From positions 1-13,300 of IMG/VR virus record IMGVR_UViG_2681813205_000017: a DNA stretch of 13,300 bases; one strand, written 5' to 3'. Below, one piece after another: positions 1 to 6,577 of the stretch; the stretch's first letter is position 1, and each line of letters starts with the position of its first letter. The stretch is from a virus (Duplodnaviria > Heunggongvirae > Uroviricota > Caudoviricetes). A program made the translations under genes and the position numbers. Under the pieces are notes generated by a model. It had not been told where the DNA came from. It did no database searches and worked only from the letters and a program-made list of their open reading frames with translations.

Positions 1-162
1 ATTACTGCTTCAGGTTGGTGTATTGCTTGCATCTTTCCCTTTTCATTCATAAAGATAGATCAAACAACAAAACCACCACCACCCCCCTGAAAAGGCTCAT
101 AAATAGCGAAAATCCGCGAGGTCTCCGCCCCGTAACAGGTCCATATGCCGGAAAGGACCCGC

Positions 163-184
163 AAAAAAGCCGGATTTCTCCGGC
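163..184 (-). terminator. Intrinsic terminator ending the capsid operon (GCCGGA-GAAA-UCCGGC stem-loop plus U6 on the - strand)
   Basis: 6-bp GC-rich stem with a GNRA tetraloop followed by six U on the - strand RNA, 7 bp downstream of the stop of the 191..604 gene. Confidence 0.7.
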
Positions 185-190
185 CTTGTC

Positions 191-604
191 TCAGATGGTT
201 TTCAGTATGCGATCGATGTCGCCGTCATCGCCCGGGTTTCTGCCATCGTATGCCATGCCAGCTGATACGGCTTGTGGGCTGTGCATGTCCATAAAGTTTT
301 CAAAGGCTGCGGTAAGCTCTGGTGCAACCTTCGGGCGTTCCTGCTCTATGGTCATGTTCAGGATGTTTTTAGCCGTATCAACATCAATACAAGGCACGTT
401 TGCCATTGCACGTAACAGCGGCTGATAGTCGTCAGATTCATGAAGCGCCATAATCGCATCAGCGCGCGGCTTGTCCTTCTCTTCCAGGCTGTTAAGTTGA
501 TATACGGCCTCGTAGGTTGATAAACCTCTGTCAGCCATTGCCCGCGCTTCGGCTTTAAATTTACTCGCCAGCGGTAGCGTCATGATACTTTCATTCGTTG
601 CCAT
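191..604 (-). CDS. Hypothetical protein, last gene of the capsid operon (137 aa)
   Basis: ATG at 604 preceded by a GGGGG Shine-Dalgarno. Starts 13 nt after the stop of the decoration-like gene and is followed by an intrinsic terminator. The + strand ORF 15..425 overlapping it lacks such context. Confidence 0.6.
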   Translation of the reverse strand: MATNESIMTLPLASKFKAEARAMADRGLSTYEAVYQLNSLEEKDKPRADAIMALHESDDYQPLLRAMANVPCIDVDTAKNILNMTIEQERPKVAPELTAAFENFMDMHSPQAVSAGMAYDGRNPGDDGDIDRILKTI

Positions 605-616
605 CGTTCCCCCTGC

Positions 617-952
617 TTATCGCGCCAGCGGCTGAACGGATACGCCAGAACCCGCAAAGGCGGCGCATTTTTTCGCGTCGGTGTCGGCGCTCTCAGGCCA
701 GTTAACGGCGGCAATATTGAATATCCCCGTCTTGTAGCACTGTGCTGATTTCTGCGTCGACGTGTCCACGGGGTACGAGGTCAGATAAACAGCCTTGCCA
801 GATTCCTGACCATCCCACGGCTTAAACTCGCCATTTTCCGCCAGCATCAGCGGGGTAAATTCCTGAATAACGCCAGCATCAGCAGCAAAATGTACCAGCG
901 TCGTGGATACCTGCTGACTACCTGCAAATAACTCAATGTATGGAGTGTCCAT
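617..952 (-). CDS. Head decoration protein, lambda gpD-like (111 aa)
   Basis: Translation shares recalled gpD motifs (TPLML, WDG, YK-G-F, WPE, KK-AFAG-VSV) and similar length. GGGGGG Shine-Dalgarno 5 nt upstream of the ATG. Immediately downstream of the capsid gene. Confidence 0.7.
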   Translation of the reverse strand: MDTPYIELFAGSQQVSTTLVHFAADAGVIQEFTPLMLAENGEFKPWDGQESGKAVYLTSYPVDTSTQKSAQCYKTGIFNIAAVNWPESADTDAKKCAAFAGSGVSVQPLAR

Positions 953-964
953 AGAATCCCCCCG

Positions 965-2020
965 TTAACCAATTTTGACGATAACAAATTTGCGAATATC
1001 TGCCGGTACCGGCTGCGGTGCGCTGTGCGTCTGCACGTACTCAATCGCCGGATCGCCGTCCTCAATCCAGTTTTTCGGGTAAAACATGTTTTGCGTTGCG
1101 CCCGTTCTGACCGCTTCCTGATCCATAATCGCACCATAGGCCACCAGCCCTTTATTGTTGGTGTTACCCAGGACCAGCAAATCAGGCTCAAGGAAATATT
1201 TTTCGGTGCCGTCGCTGTCAGTGTATTTGCCGGAATAGACGACAAGGGCAATATCGCCCAGATAGCCTTTAAAGCTCACCACTTCACCCAGGTTTTTACA
1301 GGCCAGTTCTGCGGCGGATTCTGAACCACGGGAAAGGTCGTACAGTTCGCGGAATTTTTTAAAGCTGCGTAACGTGCGCCATACTTCAGCGCCCATAATC
1401 ATGACGTTTGCGGGGCAATTGCCCTGATCAGCATAAAGCTCGATGTCATAGATTGGATCGTGTGTTTCTTTATCCAGCTCAGACCATTTTTTACCGTCAG
1501 CCTGTTCTATGATATTGCTTTCCGGGATCTTCCAGTCGATTTCATAGCGTTCTATGCCTTCGCCCTCAATGAGGTTTTTTCCGGTCGTTACCGCATTCAC
1601 CGCCAGCCATTCCACGCGTGCCTTAATGGCGTTTATCTGGCGGCGCATGTTGCCAGTAATCAGGCGCATACGGCGATAGGTAGGATCGTTAAGCTGTGCC
1701 GGATCTTCTCCAGCCATGCGCATGATGGTTTTTGTTGGATCGATTTCGTGTTTGGGTTTCATGTAGCCTGGTTTAATCGTGCTGGTTTCGTACCCTTTAT
1801 CGCGCTGGACCTGACTACCCACCATAGGCGAACAGAACGCTGACATCGTAACCTCTTCAATGTCCAGGGTGTCCAGAATGATGTTCTGGGTGTTGAAGGT
1901 CGCCACGTTCGGGAAAAACAGCGTGGTAAACAGCGGACTGAATTTAAATTCTGCAATATCCCCGCGATTCAGGTACGCGAAAAGCTGGTTAGTGTTAAGT
2001 GCCGTTGCTTTGCCTGCCAT
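965..2020 (-). CDS. Major capsid protein, lambda gpE family (351 aa)
   Basis: Translation aligns along its length with recalled lambda gpE (FKF-PLF, PGYMKPKHE, DPTYRRMR, LRSFK, RGSES, VVYSGKY, LVLGNT, YPKNW, GDPA, SAP). GGAGGTG Shine-Dalgarno; start overlaps the upstream stop (TAATG). Confidence 0.85.
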   Translation of the reverse strand: MAGKATALNTNQLFAYLNRGDIAEFKFSPLFTTLFFPNVATFNTQNIILDTLDIEEVTMSAFCSPMVGSQVQRDKGYETSTIKPGYMKPKHEIDPTKTIMRMAGEDPAQLNDPTYRRMRLITGNMRRQINAIKARVEWLAVNAVTTGKNLIEGEGIERYEIDWKIPESNIIEQADGKKWSELDKETHDPIYDIELYADQGNCPANVMIMGAEVWRTLRSFKKFRELYDLSRGSESAAELACKNLGEVVSFKGYLGDIALVVYSGKYTDSDGTEKYFLEPDLLVLGNTNNKGLVAYGAIMDQEAVRTGATQNMFYPKNWIEDGDPAIEYVQTHSAPQPVPADIRKFVIVKIG

Positions 2021-2226
2021 TATTCACCTCCATGCGTCTGATTCATGCCCAGCGCCGCGCGTAAATAGGCGCGGACCTGCCAGCCTGTTGACGGCTCAAC
2101 CATCGCCAGCGGATCAAGTCCTGCCGCAATGCCTGCTTTTACGTTCTGCTGGTGGCGTTCCTTGAGCGCCTTCACGATGTCGGGGCTTATGTACACCGAA
2201 ACACCGCCTTTTTTCTCTTCAGCCAT
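2020..2226 (-). CDS. Hypothetical small protein, first gene of the capsid operon (68 aa)
   Basis: ATG at 2226 with a purine-rich ribosome-binding site. Stop overlaps the capsid start codon (translational coupling). Lies ~55 nt downstream of a near-consensus sigma70 promoter. Confidence 0.6.
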   Translation of the reverse strand: MAEEKKGGVSVYISPDIVKALKERHQQNVKAGIAAGLDPLAMVEPSTGWQVRAYLRAALGMNQTHGGE

Positions 2227-2282
2227 AGTAAGAAATTCCTCTTCGACTTAAAAAATCATAACTGGATGTTTATCCAGTCCTG

Positions 2283-2310
2283 ATTATAATCAGAATTGCA
2301 TTTTATGCAA
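2283..2310 (-). promoter_or_regulatory. Sigma70-type promoter of the capsid operon (-35 TTGCAT, 16-bp spacer, -10 TATAAT on the - strand)
   Basis: On the - strand, TTGCAT (complement of 2305..2310) and TATAAT (complement of 2283..2288) with a 16-bp spacer. Both hexamers sit inside perfect palindromes (TTGCATTTTATGCAA and CTGATTATAATCAG). Confidence 0.55.
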
Positions 2311-2390
2311 TGATATTGAGTTATGTTGCAAATTATGAAATGATTATCCCGATCACGAACGCCAGTGCATCCAAAAACCTCATATGCAAA

Positions 2391-2429
2391 AGCCCGATAA
2401 GAACCCTCTGACCTTATCGGGCTTTTTTT
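2391..2429 (+). terminator. Strong stem-loop with T7 tract (AGCCCGATAAG ... CTTATCGGGCT TTTTTTT); + strand intrinsic terminator geometry, possibly bidirectional
   Basis: 11-bp stem followed by seven T on the + strand. On the - strand the same hairpin is followed by UUUUG. No + strand gene upstream, so it may act mainly as a second - strand terminator or insulator. Confidence 0.5.
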
Positions 2430-2435
2430 GGGCGC

Positions 2436-2457
2436 AAAAAAGCCGGATTGCTCCGGC
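2436..2457 (-). terminator. Intrinsic terminator after the 74-aa gene (GCCGGA-GCAA-UCCGGC plus U6)
   Basis: Same module as 163..184 and 2799..2821 but with a GCAA tetraloop; lies 20 bp downstream of the stop at 2478. Confidence 0.7.
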
Positions 2458-2477
2458 TATGTGTGCTGTGTGCTGGC

Positions 2478-2702
2478 TCAGTCTCTGATCTCTTTCAGAA
2501 ATTCTATCAATGCATCTATCTGTTCAGGATTTACCGCCAGCATTTCACCGGACAGAGCACATCTCACAAAACCATGCTGATCCTTTTCAATCAGTGCGCC
2601 CGTCTCCAGGAATGCGCGGTAATCATTGATGCTCATCGTCTCCATGTTGTCAGCATGGTATTTATCACGCTGTTTTAATATCTCATCAAATTTCATCGGC
2701 AT
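2478..2702 (-). CDS. Hypothetical protein (74 aa), monocistronic moron-like cassette
   Basis: ATG at 2702 preceded by AGAGGA. The gene is bracketed by intrinsic terminators on both sides (2799..2821 upstream, 2436..2457 downstream). Confidence 0.6.
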   Translation of the reverse strand: MPMKFDEILKQRDKYHADNMETMSINDYRAFLETGALIEKDQHGFVRCALSGEMLAVNPEQIDALIEFLKEIRD

Positions 2703-2798
2703 TGTTTTTTTCCTCTGTTGTGTCTGTTTGTTTCAGATAGTAACTATGCCTGACCGTGACGAAAACCCGGTAATGCGCCATACCGTTTCAACTGGTGC

Positions 2799-2821
2799 AA
2801 AAAAAGCCGGATTTCTCCGGC
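2799..2821 (-). terminator. Intrinsic terminator after the PerC-like gene (GCCGGA-GAAA-UCCGGC plus U7)
   Basis: GNRA-tetraloop hairpin plus U-tract on the - strand, 8 bp downstream of the stop at 2829. Confidence 0.7.
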
Positions 2822-2828
2822 TGTTTGA

Positions 2829-3104
2829 TTAGCTGTCCTGGTAATTGCGCCATATTTCATCACCAGCACCATCTATACCCATTTCGGCATAAGTGCGATC
2901 GACTGCCTTTTTCAGGTCTCCGAAATTATCCGGCGGCTCCGGTGCCCTCTGTGCCTTCCTTGAACATTCCAGCCGTCGCATCGTGATGTGATGCCGTTCC
3001 TTGTCTGTCTCCACCAGCTGCATGACTTCACCCCATCGCGCCGCCGCCCTCCGGTAAAAGCCTTTCGCCTCTAGTTCCTCCGCTATGCGGTCATGTACCA
3101 TCGT
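2829..3104 (-). CDS. PerC-family transcriptional regulator (91 aa)
   Basis: N-terminal AEELEAKGFYRRAAARWGEVM matches the recalled PerC/Pch signature (LE-G-WRRAA-RW). The likely start is the ATG at 3104 (GAGGGGG Shine-Dalgarno, 8 nt after the SSB stop) rather than the ORF-track start at 3221, which would overlap ssb by 110 nt. Confidence 0.65.
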   Translation of the reverse strand, partial: TMVHDRIAEELEAKGFYRRAAARWGEVMQLVETDKERHHITMRRLECSRKAQRAPEPPDNFGDLKKAVDRTYAEMGIDGAGDEIWRNYQDS

Positions 3105-3111
3105 CACCCCC

Positions 3112-3522
3112 TCAGAACGAAATATCATCACCGTAAGGGTCATCGCCTCCCGCTGGTGGCTGATTACCCTGTGTGCCTGTGGTTTTGCGTCTGTTCCCGC
3201 CAGGACGTGCCGCACGGGCACTGATTACGCTGTCTGCAATAACCTGATACCCCTGCCGTGTTTCCCCGTTCTGTCCGGTCCACTGGCTTACCTGCATCGT
3301 GCCGGATACGCTGGCAACATCGCCTTTTTGATGTTTAGCCAGGAAATCGGCCTGTTTGCCAAATGCGATAACCGATAACCATAACGTCGCCTGTCCGTCA
3401 TGTGCCTGGCTGCATGGCAACGATACCGCCATACGCGCCAGAGTCATCGGTGTGCCCTTGCTGGTCTGTTTTACCTGCGGGTCGTCCACCAGCCGCCCGT
3501 AAGCGGCTATCTGTGCCGTCAT
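3112..3522 (-). CDS. ssb: Single-stranded DNA-binding protein (136 aa)
   Basis: OB-fold core resembles E. coli SSB (W-x-x-V-x-x-FGK ... KG ... W), followed by a Gly/Gln/Pro-rich linker and an acidic C-terminal tail DDPYGDDISF (E. coli SSB ends DDDIPF). GGAGAGGTG Shine-Dalgarno; ATGA overlap with the upstream gene. Confidence 0.85.
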   Translation of the reverse strand: MTAQIAAYGRLVDDPQVKQTSKGTPMTLARMAVSLPCSQAHDGQATLWLSVIAFGKQADFLAKHQKGDVASVSGTMQVSQWTGQNGETRQGYQVIADSVISARAARPGGNRRKTTGTQGNQPPAGGDDPYGDDISF

Positions 3523-3770
3523 AATTCCACCTCTCCGGTTTTAACGTTGATGGTTGTTACCTGTTCCGCTTCGGCAATCTCCCGTTCTGTCAGCGTGGCA
3601 AAGTTTGCCGCCGCCGTGGTCATGAATGCGCTTATCAGGTCGGGATGTTCCTTCGCGTATCCTTCCCGCGTGTGGCGGTCTATCGTTCTGATTGCCACCT
3701 TTAAGGTGTGCTCAGTCATGTCTAACGCTTTATATTTTGGCTCTGTTCTGTCTCTGCGTTTTTGGGTCAT
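3519..3770 (-). CDS. Hypothetical protein (83 aa from the ATG at 3770; alternative start at 3800 gives 93 aa)
   Basis: ORF translationally coupled to ssb (ATGA overlap). The ATG at 3770 has a GAGAGG ribosome-binding site and avoids overlap with the iterons. Confidence 0.5.
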   Translation of the reverse strand: MTQKRRDRTEPKYKALDMTEHTLKVAIRTIDRHTREGYAKEHPDLISAFMTTAAANFATLTEREIAEAEQVTTINVKTGEVEL

Positions 3771-3782
3771 TTCTCGCAACCT

Positions 3783-3973
3783 CTCACTTTTTCGCCTCAC
3801 TTTTTCAAGCGTCTCACTTCGTCGCAGCTGGGATTTTCGGTTTTTCTATGTGTGTGTTTCATAAGTATTTTTTTACCCCTCACTTTTGAGGATGTATACA
3901 GGTCGAAAAGTGAGGGAGAGCAGGCTAATTTTGGCCCTCTTTCTATCCACCTCGCTTTTGCTCCTCACTTTTA
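3783..3973. repeat. Putative replication origin: six CTCACTT(TT) iterons flanking an AT-rich stretch
   Basis: CTCACTT copies at 3783, 3796, 3813 and 3879, an inverted copy at 3906..3915 (AAAAGTGAGG) and another at 3963, plus a degenerate copy near 3950. AT-rich segment 3836..3876. Lies directly 3' of the helicase gene. Confidence 0.55.
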
Positions 3974-5371
3974 TAGCGGCGCTACATCATCCCCATCGAT
4001 ACGAATAACCCCATCTTTTTCCAGCTTGTACAGCCAGCGCCGGAAGTTTTTCATTTCATACCCCAGCTTTTTCATGTCATCACGTAACAGCGGGATCGTG
4101 CACTTGTCGCCGTTCTGTGTGCGTGAACGGATGCACCCCCATAGCGCGGTATGGTTTTCCGTCTTGTTCCCTGCCTCCTCGATGCGCTCCAGTTCAACAG
4201 GAGGGCGCGGATCATCCACCACCACCAGCGACGTGATTAATTCACCGTCAGCGTCGGTAAAAAGCTCCACCACGCGTAAGTCATATGCGGCTTCTTTGAG
4301 TTCCTCCGCGTCCTTCATTTTGGTGCATGAGATAACCAGCGCTTCGCTTCCTGCGTCCTCCCTGCGTATCCGGTATTCAGCATCCAGCGAAGCACGAAAT
4401 GCACTGGAACCGCGCGCGCCTTTCGTCTCATCCTTGCCGGAATGGTGAACCACCAGCACCGTGGCCCCTGTGCGTCGTTTCAGTTCGTCACAACCACGGA
4501 TAAACGCCCCCATATCACGGGAATCATTTTCATCATTCCCACCAAAGCAACGCGCCAGCGTATCCAGAATAATCATGCGTACAGGTTTACCCGTTTCCCG
4601 CTCCACCTGACGGGCAGCGATAACCATTTCATCAACATCAAGCGGGGCAGCCGGAAAGATGGGGCGGTTTACCAGATACAGATTTTTCACCTGCTCATCG
4701 TGCACAACCTCCCAGGCTTTTACACGACGCGGAACACCTATACCGCCTTCACCAACCACATAGAGAACCGCACCATGTGCAACCCTGCGGCCTCCCCACT
4801 GGCGACCAGTGGCAACATGGCACGCCCACGATCCGGCAAGGAATGATTTATAGGACCCGCTAGCCCCGTATATGCTGCATAGCGATACCGCCGGAATAAT
4901 CCCCTTAACCACGTAATCCAGTTGCGTGTCGTATCCGGTAGATCCAACGCTCATCGGTAGCGTGGTTTTTCGCTGGTGGTTTTTTTCTTCCGCCGGCTCT
5001 TTCCCGCGCACCCGTTCCAGGTATTCGCGCCAGTTCTCCCGCATATGGCTGTGCATCCCTTCGGGGTAATAATTCGCATCAGTTACACCCGCCGCCGCCA
5101 GCTTGTGCGCAATGGCATTAATATTTGATGGCCTGATGTGGCCTGCCTTGTACAGCCGGACACAATAGCGCCCCTCGTCGATGATTCTCAGGTCTGCCAG
5201 TTCATCCAGTTGATCATCAGCCAGCACAACGGGAGGCACATTATCGCCAGCCAGTCGCCCGTCCTGTTCCTGCCACTGTTTCGCATGTGCCCAGGCATCA
5301 CTACCCGCAAAAATAATGACTTCGGTCATCTTGTCGTAAGGCTGTTTTTTTAAGTTCGGTGCGCTTTTCAT
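3971..5371 (-). CDS. Replication initiator / replicative helicase, RecA-fold ATPase (RepA / AAA_25-like), 466 aa
   Basis: Walker A-like GASGSYKS, Walker B-like MIILDTLARCF, and VLVVHHSGKD typical of RepA/DnaB-like helicases of satellites and plasmids. ATGA overlap with the upstream gene; iterons immediately downstream. Confidence 0.75.
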   Translation of the reverse strand: MKSAPNLKKQPYDKMTEVIIFAGSDAWAHAKQWQEQDGRLAGDNVPPVVLADDQLDELADLRIIDEGRYCVRLYKAGHIRPSNINAIAHKLAAAGVTDANYYPEGMHSHMRENWREYLERVRGKEPAEEKNHQRKTTLPMSVGSTGYDTQLDYVVKGIIPAVSLCSIYGASGSYKSFLAGSWACHVATGRQWGGRRVAHGAVLYVVGEGGIGVPRRVKAWEVVHDEQVKNLYLVNRPIFPAAPLDVDEMVIAARQVERETGKPVRMIILDTLARCFGGNDENDSRDMGAFIRGCDELKRRTGATVLVVHHSGKDETKGARGSSAFRASLDAEYRIRREDAGSEALVISCTKMKDAEELKEAAYDLRVVELFTDADGELITSLVVVDDPRPPVELERIEEAGNKTENHTALWGCIRSRTQNGDKCTIPLLRDDMKKLGYEMKNFRRWLYKLEKDGVIRIDGDDVAPL

Positions 5372-5667
5372 TTCTTGCCCCTGAATCCGTTAATCATGGT
5401 TTTCAGCTTCTGGATGTTTGCCCGTGCCCTGGCGTTGCTGGTGGGCACGTTATGCGGCGCGGTCTGTACCAGAGAAAAATCACGCCGGAACTGATAAACA
5501 GGCATCACGCAATCATATTCGTAACCTTCACGGCGGTAGGTTACGCGCCGTTCTTCCACGCCCTTAATCATTACCGTGCCGCCGTACTGGTCGCGGTAAA
5601 TATCACCGCGCGTAAATTTAGGGTGAGTGTTGCCACTGGCAGTTAAGCCAGAATATTTAAGTTTCAT
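5368..5667 (-). CDS. Hypothetical protein (99 aa), translationally coupled to the helicase gene
   Basis: ATG at 5667; stop overlaps the helicase start (ATGA). Basic, Tyr/Arg-rich; no recognisable motif. Confidence 0.55.
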   Translation of the reverse strand: MKLKYSGLTASGNTHPKFTRGDIYRDQYGGTVMIKGVEERRVTYRREGYEYDCVMPVYQFRRDFSLVQTAPHNVPTSNARARANIQKLKTMINGFRGKK

Positions 5668-5672
5668 TATTT

Positions 5673-5906
5673 TTATTCTCCGGTGTGCTGTTCTTTATAT
5701 CTGTCGTGCAATAGATCTATTTCTTGCAGTTCCATTATTACAGGATCAAGAAGCGTTATTAATGCCGTGGCAATTCTTGATTTTTGTTTGTCGCGTTCAT
5801 TGTCGCCAAGTGTTTCAAGCCATATGCGCAATATTTCCAGCATGTTTTCACTGTGAGAAAGTGCAAGAAATGCGCGGTCTATTGTTTGGTGGTAAATATC
5901 ACGCAT
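5673..5906 (-). CDS. Hypothetical protein (77 aa)
   Basis: ATG at 5906 overlaps the stop of the upstream gene (ATGCGTGA). Part of the same coupled gene chain. Confidence 0.55.
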   Translation of the reverse strand: MRDIYHQTIDRAFLALSHSENMLEILRIWLETLGDNERDKQKSRIATALITLLDPVIMELQEIDLLHDRYKEQHTGE

Positions 5907-6357
5907 GGCTTACATCCTCAGGAAATTTTCTTCTATAACGCGCCTCTGCCACATATTCCGCATAATCGGCGGCGATATTCAGTACATCAAGCCCCGTTGA
6001 TTTATATTCTCTCGTGGAAAGTAAGAAAAAAGCCGCTCTAATAAGTTCTGGCATTGACGAAAGCGCATCAGCCGCATCATCAGGAACGCCGGAAAATTCC
6101 TGTTTCAGGGAATTAAAACGATCATCACGCATAACCCCCCCCCCATTTTCACAATCAGCAACAAGAATATTTTTAGCGTCATTCAGCGACCGCGTTGCGG
6201 TGTATCGGATACATTCCAGGGCGAATAGTGTGTATTCTTCCCTTTCTTCCCTTTCTTCCTTTTGTGCAAGCTCTGCTGTGCATTCAATATCAATAAGCGC
6301 GTGCATCAGCGTAGTGAGTGCGGCGGCGGCTGCGTCCGGTGTGGTTTTATTGCACAT
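5899..6357 (-). CDS. Hypothetical acidic protein (153 aa from the ATG at 6357) containing an in-frame G10 tract
   Basis: ATG at 6357 has a GGAGGGG Shine-Dalgarno 3 nt upstream. The ORF-track start at 6411 has no ribosome-binding site and would overlap the upstream gene by 65 nt. Contains an EEREEREE repeat and the Gly-Gly-Gly encoded by the C10 run at 6135..6144. Confidence 0.55.
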   Translation of the reverse strand: MCNKTTPDAAAAALTTLMHALIDIECTAELAQKEEREEREEYTLFALECIRYTATRSLNDAKNILVADCENGGGVMRDDRFNSLKQEFSGVPDDAADALSSMPELIRAAFFLLSTREYKSTGLDVLNIAADYAEYVAEARYRRKFPEDVSHA

Positions 6358-6577
6358 GTACCCCTCCGCATTTTTTTTCGTTAGAAATAAGCGTTCTTCT
6401 TTCCTGTTCATCGATCAGGAATACGCAGACCTCACCGCTAAGGCGTTTAAGTAAGCCGATGATTGCCCCTGATTCGCTGTCGGTCATCATGCCTGGGTAA
6501 TCCTCTGCCAGTGCGCAAATAACTTCGATTTGGTGGGCGCGTTCTACTGCCTGTTGTAGTGTGATTTCCTGGCTCAT
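6347..6577 (-). CDS. Hypothetical protein (76 aa)
   Basis: ATG at 6577 with a GGGGG ribosome-binding site; ATGA overlap with the candidate upstream ORF. Contains an A8 tract on the coding strand. Confidence 0.55.
   Translation of the reverse strand: MSQEITLQQAVERAHQIEVICALAEDYPGMMTDSESGAIIGLLKRLSGEVCVFLIDEQERRTLISNEKKCGGVHVQ

Noticed and set aside
15-425. + strand ORF of 136 aa at the left edge
   Set aside because: Lies antisense to the SD-supported 191..604 gene and spans the - strand terminator at 163..184. Low-complexity N-terminus (TTTPLKRL) and no ribosome-binding site. Judged a shadow ORF.
2227-2440. Possible + strand small RNA ending at the strong + strand terminator 2391..2429
   Set aside because: No convincing + strand promoter upstream: the best -10 (TATAAT at 2285..2290) lacks a matching -35. 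The region is better explained as the - strand capsid promoter plus tandem - strand terminators. Not excluded; only transcript mapping would decide.
3783-3973. Iteron repeats considered as a CRISPR array
   Set aside because: The repeats are only 8 to 10 bp with irregular spacing and mixed orientation, and no cas genes are present. They fit replication-origin iterons, not CRISPR.
3762-4448. 228-aa + strand ORF
   Set aside because: Antisense to the helicase gene and the iteron origin; Ser-rich low-complexity translation. Shadow ORF.
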